Positions 29,580-39,900 of a stretch of DNA of 64,000 nt are shown here, in pieces (position 1 is the first letter of the stretch; the number at the start of each line of letters is the position of its first letter). Both the position numbers and the translations under genes were made by a program. The stretch comes from Bacteroidota bacterium (GTDB lineage: Bacteria; Bacteroidota; Bacteroidia; AKYH767-A; OLB10): assembly GCA_016714535.1 (NCBI GenBank), contig JADKDR010000006.1, positions 264,514-328,513 on the forward strand, written 5' to 3'. The notes below the pieces were generated by a model, which saw only the letters and a list, made by a program, of their open reading frames with translations, did not search any database and was not told the origin of the DNA.

Positions 29580-30395
29580 CTACCCCGATAAAGAAGGCTT
29601 ATAATCTGGGATGGCTGCACTTAAAATTTGGGCTGGGGTGACTACAGATTTTTTTCGGGCAAAAGGCCTTTGCTTATAATTTAAGGCCTGGTAAATTTGT
29701 TGTACTTGCTTATTTGGTTCTGAACATTGACGAATAACAATGGATTGGTTGTATTGGTTTTGCATTGTGGTTGTTACTAGTTTTTGCGTATTCATTGTAC
29801 GTACAATATCGCACCATTGTGTGTTTATGTTGTTTGCTTTTAGTTGATGCCGGATAGTGTTTACAGTCCAGTAAGCGAGTAGCGCCAGGTGTATGTGTGC
29901 CATTGATGCTGCATCGGTTTTGTGATATATAGGGCGCAGGTCTATATCTGCTTTAAGGCAACGGAAGGTAGATTCTATTTCGCGAATGCTGTTGTAGATT
30001 TGCCATAGTGTGGCGTTGTCTTTTTTATTGAGCGAGGTGCGTATAAAATAAGTGCCGTGTGTGTTGGGGTGTTGGTTGACAGTCCAATTTAAATCGATAG
30101 CTATGTTGCCTTTGTATGCAATGTCAATGTTGTAGTGCTTGTGTATGGAAGGATATTTTTGTTTGAGTCGCCCGATGCGTTCGTGTACTTTTTCTTTTTG
30201 CTTTACTCCGCTTTTTTTTGACAGTGCATCTTTTATATTTTGCAAGCCGAGTTCAAATTTTTTAGAGAAGCTCTCGTCCATGCTTTTTTCTTTTTTTTCT
30301 TTAGCACTCGAGTACACTTTTACAACATGGTCGGTGTTGCTTTTTTGCTTTAAGCTTTGTAGGGAGAGTAATTTTTTGTTACTATCAATGAGCAC
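29580..30395 (-). pseudogene. Transposase C-terminal fragment (IS1634-like)
   Basis: …IESTFRCLKADIDLRPIYHKTDAASMAHIHLALLAYWT…, the C-terminal conserved block of IS4-superfamily transposases. It is separated from the N-terminal ORF by a stop and frame change. Confidence 0.65.
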
Positions 30396-30415
30396 TTCTT
30401 GTGGTGTACTATCAT

Positions 30416-31360
30416 CTATCTGATTGTGTTTGTAAGTTTTACACGATACGCATATATATCTGATAGGGTTTCAATAATCTCACCGATACTTTTGCTATCG
30501 CTCATGTTGCCTTCAAATATGTGCGAGTATTTTGGAAAGCCTTGTGTGTTTACAACCAATGCGAGCACTATCAATCGTGCATCGCTGCGCTTCTCTTTGC
30601 TCCTTCCAAATTTGGCAATGTTACTGTTGCGCATCGCCCCTTCGAAGTATGTATTGGTGAGGTCGTACAACAATATTTTATCTTCAAGGTCAAATAGTTC
30701 ATTTGTTTTTCTGCTGAGATATTTTTCGAGTTCATCTTTTTGCTCATACAACCGATGACTAATGGAGTATAATTTATCCTTGGTAATTTTTTGCAACGGG
30801 TAATTTGTAATTTCGCATACACCCGAATTTTGTTTTATCCATTTAGCCGTTTTAAATTCTGATGCAGGATATACAGCGCGCCTGATGATGTGCGTATATG
30901 CTAACCGTATATGCTCATCGCTCCAATTCTTTTGTTGTAAAAAACTTCCTATCCCTAACTGGTCCAATGCTTGCGAGCAGAGCCATTCCGCTCCTACTTC
31001 TACTACATCTTTGTTTTCTATGGACTCAGTATCGATGGCTTGTATTTTATTGTTGGCCGATACATCCAATCGCTTTTTTAATTTTATCTCGTCAAAAAAT
31101 GCGTTCGCTAATTTTTCAATAACATCCGTTTCGGGCGGAAATAATTTGCCCATGCCTGTTCGACTCTCCTGCACCAATTCGCTAATGCGTATGCCAAGTT
31201 TTTTCTTGTCTTCTACATCAGGTAGCGCCTCCAACATTCCTAAATCTAATATCACCTGATGGCGAACACTATCTGCAGTACGATAACTCTCGCACAGTTT
31301 AAAGTACAAACGCTGGTCGCCAGTAAGTGTACGTGATTTTCTATATGGTTTGAGGAACAC
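30416..31360 (-). pseudogene. Transposase N-terminal fragment (IS1634-like)
   Basis: …YDLTNTYFEGAMRNSNIAKFGRSKEKRSDARLIVLALVVNTQGFPKYSHIFEGNMSD…, the catalytic N-terminal region. It ends 20 bp before the C-terminal fragment ORF. Confidence 0.65.
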
Positions 31361-31559
31361 GCGGCAAATCTATGTACAAATTTTTTGTTATAAAAACAAG
31401 TTAGGGGGACTACATTTTACTTTTTAAAAAACATGACAACTCCTTTGTAGTATTAGCAACACTTTGCTTTTTTTACCTCCACCCATTCGCCAAATTGGCA
31501 ATAGTATTTTGCTGTTTTGAGGCGATTTGCCTGCAATGTGGGTTAACTACACAATATTA

Positions 31560-31660
31560 TTAGAACTACTTTTCCAACAACACAGTTTTCGTAAAAACAT
31601 TTTTCGAATCTTTTGCCCTTAATGTATAAATACCATTCGGCAAAAAACTACCACAGTTGA
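31560..31660 (-). pseudogene. Orphan 3' remnant of a T9SS-CTD coding sequence; only ~30 codons are left
   Basis: Minus-strand translation ...PNGIYTLRAKDSKNVFTKTVLLEK*, preceded by an in-frame stop. Nucleotide-level near-identity to 40545..40645, the true 3' end of the 40557..41147 gene. Confidence 0.6.
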
Positions 31661-31719
31661 TACTTCAGATAACATATCATCATTGGCTTCTGAAAAGGAG
31701 GTTTAACAACCCTGGTTTT

Positions 31720-31753
31720 TAAAAAAAGAGGCTGCCCCTTTTGAGACAGCCTA
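31720..31753 (-). terminator. Rho-independent terminator of the 31787..35152 gene
   Basis: Minus strand: GAGGCTG...CAGCCTC stem followed by a T-run (plus-strand A-run 31720-31727). Confidence 0.6.
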
Positions 31754-31786
31754 CTTTATTTTTGTATATCATCAATAGGCGTAGCT

Positions 31787-34231
31787 TTATTCCTTTATCA
31801 GCTTTTGTATCGCGCTATGATTTTCATTGAATACTTTTATATAATAAATGCCTCTTGCTAAATCTGATAAGTCAATGTTGCTTTGATTATGAGTTTTGAT
31901 AACCGTTTCGCCAAGCGTGTTTACAATTTCAATTTCAAAAATTTCATCCCAAGCAATTTCAATATTTAATTCTTCGTTAGCCGGATTAGGGAAAGCCGAA
32001 AAATTAAACACCTCATTTGTTAATGCAAAGGCTCCTTCTTTACATGGAACTGTAATTGCAACCCCTGCCGATGACTTTGTACAACCGTTAATGTTTGTTA
32101 CTTCAACCCTGTATGTGCCCCCTGTTTTTGCTGCATAGTTTTGAAGCGTTGCACCAGCAATATAGTTGGCTCCTTTTTTCCATTTGTAAGTTAAACCTGT
32201 TCCTGCATTTGCCTGTAATATCACGCTATCTCCTGCACAAAAAGATATAGGTCCTAGTGGGGTAATAGTTGCAGTGGGAAGTGCATTAACTGTTACAACG
32301 GTTGCAGTAGAAGTTGCCTTGGAACATCCTGTAATGGTATTAGTAATGATAACTTTATAGCTTCCTCCTGCAGTTGCAGTGTAGGATGGTAAAGTAGCTG
32401 CAGCAATTGGAGCTGATCCTTTTTGCCATTGATAGCTTCTGTTTGCGGCAACCGTTGCATTTAAAACAACACTTCCACCGCTGCAGAATGTGGTAGGTCC
32501 GGCAGGTGTGATGGTGTTTGTTGGCAATGCATTTACAGTAATGCTCAATTCGTTTGAATAATCGATTAATCCGCTTGGGCATGTAACTTTCAATACATAA
32601 TAGTATGTGCCTGTGGTTAACTTGCCAGTTGTATAAGCTGTGGTAGCAGCACCGCTTCCACCCGATACATTACTATAAGGTCCGCCTGAAACTGTTGCAC
32701 GCTGCCATTGATAAGTGATACCGGGATATGATGCATAGCCGGTTGCCGACATTACATAAGTTTGCTGAGCACACACTGTTGCTGCATTGGGTGAAACTGT
32801 TCCCGCTTCAGCCCAGCATCCTGCCCAATAACAACCGATGTCATGCGGTGCTGTTCTTGTTCTGCAATCTAAATCTGTAGTGATGTATGCCGGAGGTGTA
32901 GTTCCAGTTCCATCCAAAGAAGTGGAAGCAGGAGTAGGATGCAAATCAGTTGCATTATTTACAAAATTCGGATTAGCAACCTGCGAATTAGCATCAGTGC
33001 CCGGATTCACAGTCATAGCTGCTTGCCATTGAGCTAGTGTTTTAAAATATGTTGAAGTGGCCCTTGCTATATAGCCATTGGCTGTATCAGCAATATAAAA
33101 ATTATTATTATCTGATAACGAACCGGTATTTCCATATTGTGAAGCAGCATTCGTATAAAAGCAGGTGTGATGGGCTACGCCACTTTGAGGTCCTGTAAAA
33201 TTTGCAAACACATTATTTCTTATCTGCGATGTTTTACTAACACTGTTCATTGAAATACATACAGAACTAGCATTAGGGAAGGTACTTCCATTTAAACTTA
33301 CGCTATTGTTATATATTTCAGTTGTTATTGTACCGGTATTGGATTCAATAAAAATTCCAACTACGGCAGCGGTTGTAGTGGCAACTCCTGTATAAGATGA
33401 TAAAAGATTACTGATACTATTATTAAAAACTTTAAAGCTCATGGTTTGATTGGGCCAATTGATTCTAATACCCGCAATCCAATGGTTCGAAAAAAGCCCT
33501 GTAGCGCTTCGCCTTATGGTACGAATAATGTTGTTGCTTATTTCATTTGTACCATGAGAATTGGTAACCCCAATGCCGCTTGTGCTATACCAACTTGTGG
33601 CTGTTATATTTTGAATGATACAATTGCGAATGATAAAATTATACTGCCCGCTAATTAATATTCCAGAAGGTGAACTACTAATGATATCATCAGGCACATT
33701 CGGGTCTCCTATGTAATTAAAGGTGTTGCAGGAGGAGGTTATAATCTGATTACCAAAGTCAGCCGGACCAGTAGCATTATTTACTCCCACCAAAGCGAAT
33801 CCAAAATTACAGTCTCTTATATTAATATCCCGCCAGGTATTGTTGGAGTTGGTTCCAGGATTACCTCCGGGCGATGTAGTGCTGAAAGAATAAATTCCAT
33901 AAACATCTCCCTTAGTTCTGTCAAGGTCAATTGATATTTTATCATAAAAATTATTTTGGGCCCCCTTGTTGCCAAATAATTCAAATTGTGCCAAACCTAT
34001 TTCAACTGTTTGTGGCGAAGTTCCATGCGTATATAAATTGATATTGCTGATGGTGGTATAAGATGCACATACACCGAGAATTGGTTCTATTTCATCACCT
34101 ACAGCAGTTGTGCTCACACCTGTTCCAAAACTTCCGGCATTGATGTCGGAACCTCTGTAAGCAAATGTTGCAGCGGCACCTGTTTTCGAAATGGTTAAAC
34201 GGTTGGTAGTATCACCATTAGGTGTTGCCAC
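31787..34231 (-). CDS. T9SS cargo protein (3' part): beta-helix-like region, two SprB/Ig-like repeats and a type-A CTD; in frame with 34451..35152 across a single TGA
   Basis: CTD ends GIYYIKVFNENHSAIQKLIKE. It is in the same reading frame as the upstream 233-aa ORF, from which it is separated by one in-frame TGA at 34451-34453. Confidence 0.7.
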   Translation of the reverse strand: MATPNGDTTNRLTISKTGAAATFAYRGSDINAGSFGTGVSTTAVGDEIEPILGVCASYTTISNINLYTHGTSPQTVEIGLAQFELFGNKGAQNNFYDKISIDLDRTKGDVYGIYSFSTTSPGGNPGTNSNNTWRDINIRDCNFGFALVGVNNATGPADFGNQIITSSCNTFNYIGDPNVPDDIISSSPSGILISGQYNFIIRNCIIQNITATSWYSTSGIGVTNSHGTNEISNNIIRTIRRSATGLFSNHWIAGIRINWPNQTMSFKVFNNSISNLLSSYTGVATTTAAVVGIFIESNTGTITTEIYNNSVSLNGSTFPNASSVCISMNSVSKTSQIRNNVFANFTGPQSGVAHHTCFYTNAASQYGNTGSLSDNNNFYIADTANGYIARATSTYFKTLAQWQAAMTVNPGTDANSQVANPNFVNNATDLHPTPASTSLDGTGTTPPAYITTDLDCRTRTAPHDIGCYWAGCWAEAGTVSPNAATVCAQQTYVMSATGYASYPGITYQWQRATVSGGPYSNVSGGSGAATTAYTTGKLTTGTYYYVLKVTCPSGLIDYSNELSITVNALPTNTITPAGPTTFCSGGSVVLNATVAANRSYQWQKGSAPIAAATLPSYTATAGGSYKVIITNTITGCSKATSTATVVTVNALPTATITPLGPISFCAGDSVILQANAGTGLTYKWKKGANYIAGATLQNYAAKTGGTYRVEVTNINGCTKSSAGVAITVPCKEGAFALTNEVFNFSAFPNPANEELNIEIAWDEIFEIEIVNTLGETVIKTHNQSNIDLSDLARGIYYIKVFNENHSAIQKLIKE

Positions 34232-34450
34232 AAAAATCGGAAAAATGTTGCTGCCGTTTGCTGCAGTGGTATCATATTTCGCATCGGTTAAGTTTAATGT
34301 AACCGCACCGGCAATACCTCTGTGATTAACATCGGCAACTGCTTGTGTTATGCTGTTATAAGTTTTACCTACACCAACATTAAATGTACCTGCTGCAATT
34401 TGTGTTGGTATGCCAGGAGTAAAACGAAAATTATATGAAGGCCATCCGCT

Positions 34451-35152
34451 TCATGGACTTAACATTCGGTGACTTACAATTGATGAACCTGTTACAGCAT
34501 CAATAAATTTACCGCTCCCACCGGTGCCCCACTCCATAGCAATCATAGCGCCTCCTGATGTTGTTTGGCTGCCAATAATATTTAACGACCCGTAACGAAA
34601 TTCTATAATGTTAGAAGTTTCATAAAGAATTATCTGGCAATTCATTCTTACGTTACTGCCCGGTATGCCGGTGAATGTTGGATAGTTTGTGTATTGAACA
34701 GTAAATGTTCTGCTCCCGGGTGAACCTTTTGTCTGATATAAAATATCTGATGATGCATCATCAATTAAATTATTAAACCATGGCGCAAGCGCCTGATTGG
34801 GCGCACTGGTGGTTACCATATTAACATTGCCCACTGTAACTGCAGGTGCAATTGCATCAAACCATATCAATCCGTTTGTGCTTAACCCAACATTTGTGAA
34901 TGTGCTGTCAGCATAGCCAAAACTAAAACCGATAGGAATGCCGGTTTGATTGGCATTATCACCTGTGGCGGTTGATGAGGTTGCGCCACCTCCTAATGAA
35001 ATTGGTGCGTAAGTTGAATTGAAAGTTGTACGTGTAAAACGTGTTTGTGCTGTTGCATAAAATTGCATTACAATAAGTGCTGCAATTGTAAATAAGAGTT
35101 TTTGTGCGATGACAACTTGCGACCGCTGGTAAATTGAATTTGCTTTTTGCAT
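34451..35152 (-). CDS. N-terminal signal-peptide-bearing part of the same cargo gene
   Basis: MQKANSIYQRSQVVIAQKLLFTIAALIVMQFYATAQ signal. The ORF ends ...SHRMLSP-TGA, and the frame continues SGWPSYNFRF... straight into MATPNGDTT of 31787..34231. Confidence 0.6.
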   Translation of the reverse strand: MQKANSIYQRSQVVIAQKLLFTIAALIVMQFYATAQTRFTRTTFNSTYAPISLGGGATSSTATGDNANQTGIPIGFSFGYADSTFTNVGLSTNGLIWFDAIAPAVTVGNVNMVTTSAPNQALAPWFNNLIDDASSDILYQTKGSPGSRTFTVQYTNYPTFTGIPGSNVRMNCQIILYETSNIIEFRYGSLNIIGSQTTSGGAMIAMEWGTGGSGKFIDAVTGSSIVSHRMLSP

Positions 35153-35280
35153 GGCTATTAGATTTTAAATGATTAAAAATGTTGCTCATTTATTTTCATC
35201 CCATTGATGAAAATATTCCATGCAAAAATCTGCGAAACAAGCTTTTAAGTCAATCACCAATTATGGTGAATTGTTATCTA

Positions 35281-35313
35281 ACCTCTTATAGAGTTTAAAT
35301 CTCTATAAGAGGT
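35281..35313. other. Perfect 13-bp-stem hairpin ACCTCTTATAGAG-tttaaat-CTCTATAAGAGGT
   Basis: Seen directly. It sits between the cargo-gene start and the LuxR 3' remnant. No flanking T-run. Confidence 0.4.
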
Positions 35314-35337
35314 ATAGTGAAAAGTGGCTTACAGAAT

Positions 35338-35440
35338 TTTTTTCGTATTCGTTTTTGAAACCGCCTCCCCCACAGAATTTACCTTAAGCATTTTATAAAT
35401 TTTTCGAATGTGCGAATGCACAGTTTCGTAGCTGATGTTT
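35338..35440 (-). pseudogene. Remnant copy of the last ~33 codons of the LuxR-type regulator gene
   Basis: ~85% nucleotide identity to 36195..36300. The minus-strand reading ends in a LuxR HTH C-terminus (…ETVHSHIRKIY…VNSVGEAV…). Confidence 0.55.
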
Positions 35441-35505
35441 AATGTTAATTGTTTATTTAAAATTAAAAAAATGATTATCAGAATTATTTTCAGCATTTTT
35501 GCATC

Positions 35506-35796
35506 ATGACAAGTCAGGAAATACTAGAGGTTATAAAATCAAATAAGAAATTGTTTGAACAAAATTATGGTGTTTTGAATATTGGCATTTTTGGTTCCTA
35601 TGCCCGTGGCGAAGCCAATGAAGCAAGTGATATTGATGTTTTGGTAGAACTTCGTGAACCTAAGTATAAATATTTGTATGGGTTGAAATCATTTCTTGAA
35701 AACCGGTTGCATAAAAACGTAGATATTACAAGAAAGGGAAACCATCTCCGTCAGAATTTTTTAAACTCAATTGAAAAGGAAATTTTGTATGCATGA
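35506..35796 (+). CDS. Nucleotidyltransferase-family antitoxin (MNT)
   Basis: GSYARGEANEASDIDVLVE, the minimal nucleotidyltransferase signature. 96 aa. It overlaps the downstream HepT gene by 26 bp. Confidence 0.8.
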   Translation: MTSQEILEVIKSNKKLFEQNYGVLNIGIFGSYARGEANEASDIDVLVELREPKYKYLYGLKSFLENRLHKNVDITRKGNHLRQNFLNSIEKEILYA

Positions 35797-36115
35797 TACC
35801 ATCATCAACGAGCGACTTCATAATATTTTAGAATCCATTTCACTGATTGAGGAACGCATGTTGGATATTACTAATCCATCAGATTTCAGGTCTACAAAGG
35901 AAGGATTAAAAACATTGGATTCTATTGCTATGCGCTTGCAGCATATTGCTGAGAATATAAAAAAGATTGATGGATTACAACCTGACTTTTTTGAAACAAA
36001 AATTATAATGGATCCACAACCGATTATAAATTTCAGAGATTTTATTTCTCATCATTATGAAAGAACTGATGTGGAAATTATCTATGACATTTGTTTGAAT
36101 GATATGCAGGAGTAA
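35771..36115 (+). CDS. HepT/DUF86-family toxin
   Basis: 114 aa with RDFISHHYERTD (the R-x4-HxY motif of HepT RNases), directly downstream of the MNT gene. Confidence 0.75.
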   Translation: MKRKFCMHDTIINERLHNILESISLIEERMLDITNPSDFRSTKEGLKTLDSIAMRLQHIAENIKKIDGLQPDFFETKIIMDPQPIINFRDFISHHYERTDVEIIYDICLNDMQE

Positions 36116-36170
36116 AAAGTGAAAATAAATAATTATTGGAAGTTTTCATAACTCGCACACTATACAAGTC

Positions 36171-36887
36171 CTAAAACAAATAAGTCCTCAGTATATTTTT
36201 CGAAATTGTTTTAGATACCGCTTCACCCACAGAATTCACCTGCAGCTTTTGATAAATTTTTCGAATGTGCGAATGCACGGTTTCGTAGCTGATGTTTAAT
36301 TCATCTGCAATCATTTTATATGATCTGCCTTTCACCAAAAGCTGAAGCACATCCTTCTCGCGACTGCTCAAGTTATAGTTTTCATCGGGTTGCTTAACAG
36401 GTTGAATTTTTGCAAATTGAGTTAATACTTTTCTTGCTATAACGGGTGTCATTGGAGCACCACCATGATATAATTCATTTATGTATTGAATAAGCGATTG
36501 CATATTGGCATTCTTTAAAATATAACCGTTGGCTCCTGCACACAGCGAAGCAAAAACTTTATCGTCATCTTCAAAACCTGTCAACATTAAAACAGGCAAT
36601 GCCTGATATTTAGTACGTAATAATTTTACAGCATCAATGCCGGTAATCAGGGGCATATCAATATCCATTAATACAATATCAGGGTTTATGTTTTCAATAT
36701 CTGCCAGCATATTTTTGCAGGAGTCAAAAGCAGCAACGAGTTGCATGTTATCAGTAGTTGACAATAGCAAACCAATAGATTCGAGCACATTAATGTTATC
36801 ATCAAAAATAATTACCTGAAGTATTTTCTTTTCCTCTGTTATCATGATGCAAAAGTGAGTGTAATTGTTTTCAATACCAATAACCAA
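36171..36887 (-). CDS. NarL/LuxR-family response regulator (REC + LuxR HTH)
   Basis: Receiver domain and C-terminal LSSREKDVLQLLVKGRSYKMIADELNISYETVHSHIRKIYQKL. The true start may be the internal Met at 36845 (MITEEKKILQV...). Confidence 0.8.
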   Translation of the reverse strand: MVIGIENNYTHFCIMITEEKKILQVIIFDDNINVLESIGLLLSTTDNMQLVAAFDSCKNMLADIENINPDIVLMDIDMPLITGIDAVKLLRTKYQALPVLMLTGFEDDDKVFASLCAGANGYILKNANMQSLIQYINELYHGGAPMTPVIARKVLTQFAKIQPVKQPDENYNLSSREKDVLQLLVKGRSYKMIADELNISYETVHSHIRKIYQKLQVNSVGEAVSKTISKNILRTYLF

Positions 36888-36911
36888 TTATGGTGAAGTG
36901 AATAGATGGCT

Positions 36912-39900
36912 TTATACAGTTAATTCAATAATGGTTCCTTTACCCGGAAACGATGTGATTTCTATACTACCCTTTATTTCAGAAGCTCTTGATTTCATGT
37001 TCTTAATGCCGTTGCCATTATATGATTTTAGTTCGTCTGAAATAAAACCACTTCCGTTATCTGAAATTGAAACATACAATTTATCTGCATTTTTCTTTAT
37101 GCTAATGTTTACTTCCGTGCAGTTGGCATATTTAATAATGTTGTGAATGGCTTCTTTGTAAATCAAAAAAATATTTTTCCGTTCCGTCATTTCTAATTTC
37201 ATTTCAGTAATACGTTCATCATATTCAATATTAAATTGAATGCCTGTTGCTCCTAAAATGGAAGCTGAATAACCTTCCATTCTCAATATTAAATTTTGCA
37301 AAGTATCATTTGATGCCTTGGCCGCCCACACCACATCACTGGTTTTATCAATAATTTCTACCGATGAATTTTCTATTTTTTCTAAGATAGATTTTATCTC
37401 TCTTGAGTTTTCTCCAACTAATTTAGCATTGGCAATCTGGCTGTAAAGGTGAATACTTCCTAACGTGCTGCCTATATCATCATGCAAATCGCGGGCAATC
37501 TTATTCCGAACTTCCTGCAATTTTAAAATCTGCTGGATTCGATAACGATACAAAACGTATACAGATGTCGATATTACTATTAAAAGCAAACTATAAAACC
37601 ACCAGGTGAAATAAAATGGCGGTGTAATAATAAACGGCAATTCATAAACATCGCTTTCAATTCCATCGCTGTTCACAGCCTTAACATTAAGTGTAAAATT
37701 TCCATGCGGCAAATTGGTGTAGGTAATCAGTGGATTGGTTTGATTATTTCGCCAGGTATCATCAATGCCATCAAGCATATACAAGCATGTGGTTTGACCG
37801 TTGTCGGAAAAGCTATTTGCAGCAACATTGAATTTCAAAAAGTTTTGATTGTAATTCAATTTCAATTGATCAAACAACAACGAATCAGAAGGCGCATCCA
37901 TAATCCACAATCTTGAAATACTGACAAATGGTTTTTCGTGGTTTGAAATAATCTGAGAAGGATAAAAGGAAATAAAACCACCATCGAAACCAACACTCAT
38001 TTCATCTTGTATTGTTGAATTGTCATTTCGAAAAAAATACCCGCTGATATTTTCAGAAATCCCGCTTTGCATGTCAAACAACTTGTAACGGTTTCCTTTT
38101 ACATTGTAATGCAACAAACCAGTTGAACTAACCATCCAAAGATTATCATTTTTATCTTTTGCCAAACCCTGCAACGACTTAATTTCATTTGCATAAGACA
38201 CAAATGTTACAGAATTATTCTCGGGAAAAAACTTCAGCAGCCCTTGTCCCTGTGTGGTTACCCAGTAAGAGCCGTCAGTGTTTTCTGTCATGTCAAAAAC
38301 ATTGTTCACTGATTTTACATTTTTTGTATCAGGTCTATTCCAGGTCTTTGATTCGGAATGAATCACCCGCACAATACTGTCGGCAAAAGGAAACTCATCG
38401 AATGAAATCCTTTGTGGAATCAAAACCTGATTGATACCATGGGTGGCGCCACAAACCCAGATATTGTTTTTCGAATCACTGAAAATTTTCCGTGATAAAT
38501 TATCCACAAAAGTTCCTTCTACGTTCGTATCCTTTAAATTGATAAATGCGTTTTTATGTTGGGTATCAAATAGCTTGATGTAATTGCCATAAAGCGAAAC
38601 AGCAATAAGCGAATGCTCATGATGCCTTATTTGTGTAATTGAATTTGCACGCGAACCACCCATGAAAAAACTTTGGTGCTTGCTTGCTGCATAACTGACC
38701 TTAGGGAAAACTAATTCAAGTGTTACGGTATCCAATGTAAACACCGAGCGGTTGGTTCCTATATAAATTATGTTTTTTTCATCAAGAAAAATGCTGGTCA
38801 ATTCCTGCCTTTCATCGCGATAATAAAAATCCTTATGCAGATAGTTTTCATCATTTGAATTTCTGTAAAAAAAGCCACACTGAGTTACAATAAATTCTCT
38901 CCCGCTTTTCAAAATAATCCTGTCATTTGCTTTGCATGAAGTAGTTCCGGGCGGAACAGGCAGCTTTGTAATTTCAAACTGATTTTGCAGCGGGTCGTAA
39001 ACATACAATCCCGTTTCGGAGGCAATCCATATTCGATTGCGATTATCGCGATACAGACTATTTATTCTGGATGTAACGGGATTTGAAAATTTAATATCGT
39101 TGGTAAAGGATTTTGTTTTCAAATCAAAAAAACGAATGCCCGAAGATTTTGTACCACACCATAAAACTTTGTTTTCATCTTCTGCAAGGCAAAGTATTTC
39201 ATCGCCTGATAGCTTCAACTTTAAACTTCTATCAAAAAACCAGGTTGCCAATCTTTTTCCATTTAAATCAAACTGATGCAACCCGTTATCCCATGCACCG
39301 CACCACAAATGATTATCGCTTCCAAGAAATATTTTATTAATAGTCATAGCTGTGTCTGAGACCTGCGTTCTGAATTTGCCAATATTCCCCAACCGTTTAA
39401 GCGATTCAATAATTCCTGCAAAATATGGTATGGTATCATTAACAAGTACATCATAATAAGTATTGGTGGAAATCAGCTTTTTATTTTTATCAGTAGCTTT
39501 TGTTTTTAAATCGAATAGCTGCAAGCCGGCATTATTCTGAGCAATCCAAAGACAATTTCTGTTTTTATCAAATGTGATGTCGTTGATGTTATTTACATTC
39601 AATTCTGAATTTGACTTATTATACGTTTTAAACTTACCAGTTCTGAAATCATAACTACACATCCCTGACGAAGCGCTTCCAATCCAAAGCAATGAATCGT
39701 TATCAATTTCAAGGCAAGAAATAATATTACCGCAAAGTGAGTTGATGTCCTTTTCATTGTGTTTAAAAACATAGAAGTCTTGTCCATCATAACGGTTCAA
39801 TCCATCCTTAGTGCCAATCCACATAAAACCCTGTTTGTCGCGAATGGTACACGTAACCTGGTTGTCTGAAAGGCCTTGCTGTGAGGTGATACGTCTTAAA

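Larger units (their letters stand above)
29564..31556 (-). mobile_element. IS4-superfamily (IS1634-like) insertion sequence, ~1.99 kb, with perfect 16-bp terminal inverted repeats TTAACCCACATTGCAG / CTGCAATGTGGGTTAA
   Basis: Inverted repeats at 29564-29579 and 31541-31556 bracket a DDE transposase that is split into two ORFs. No obvious target-site duplication. Confidence 0.75.

Noticed and set aside
35153-35280. Searched upstream regions of the 35152, 15871 and 12319 cargo genes for the CTAACG promoter cassette
   Set aside because: No convincing copy found there. The cassette is restricted to a subset (47721-47806, 49764-49859, 44048-44125, 55525-55540).
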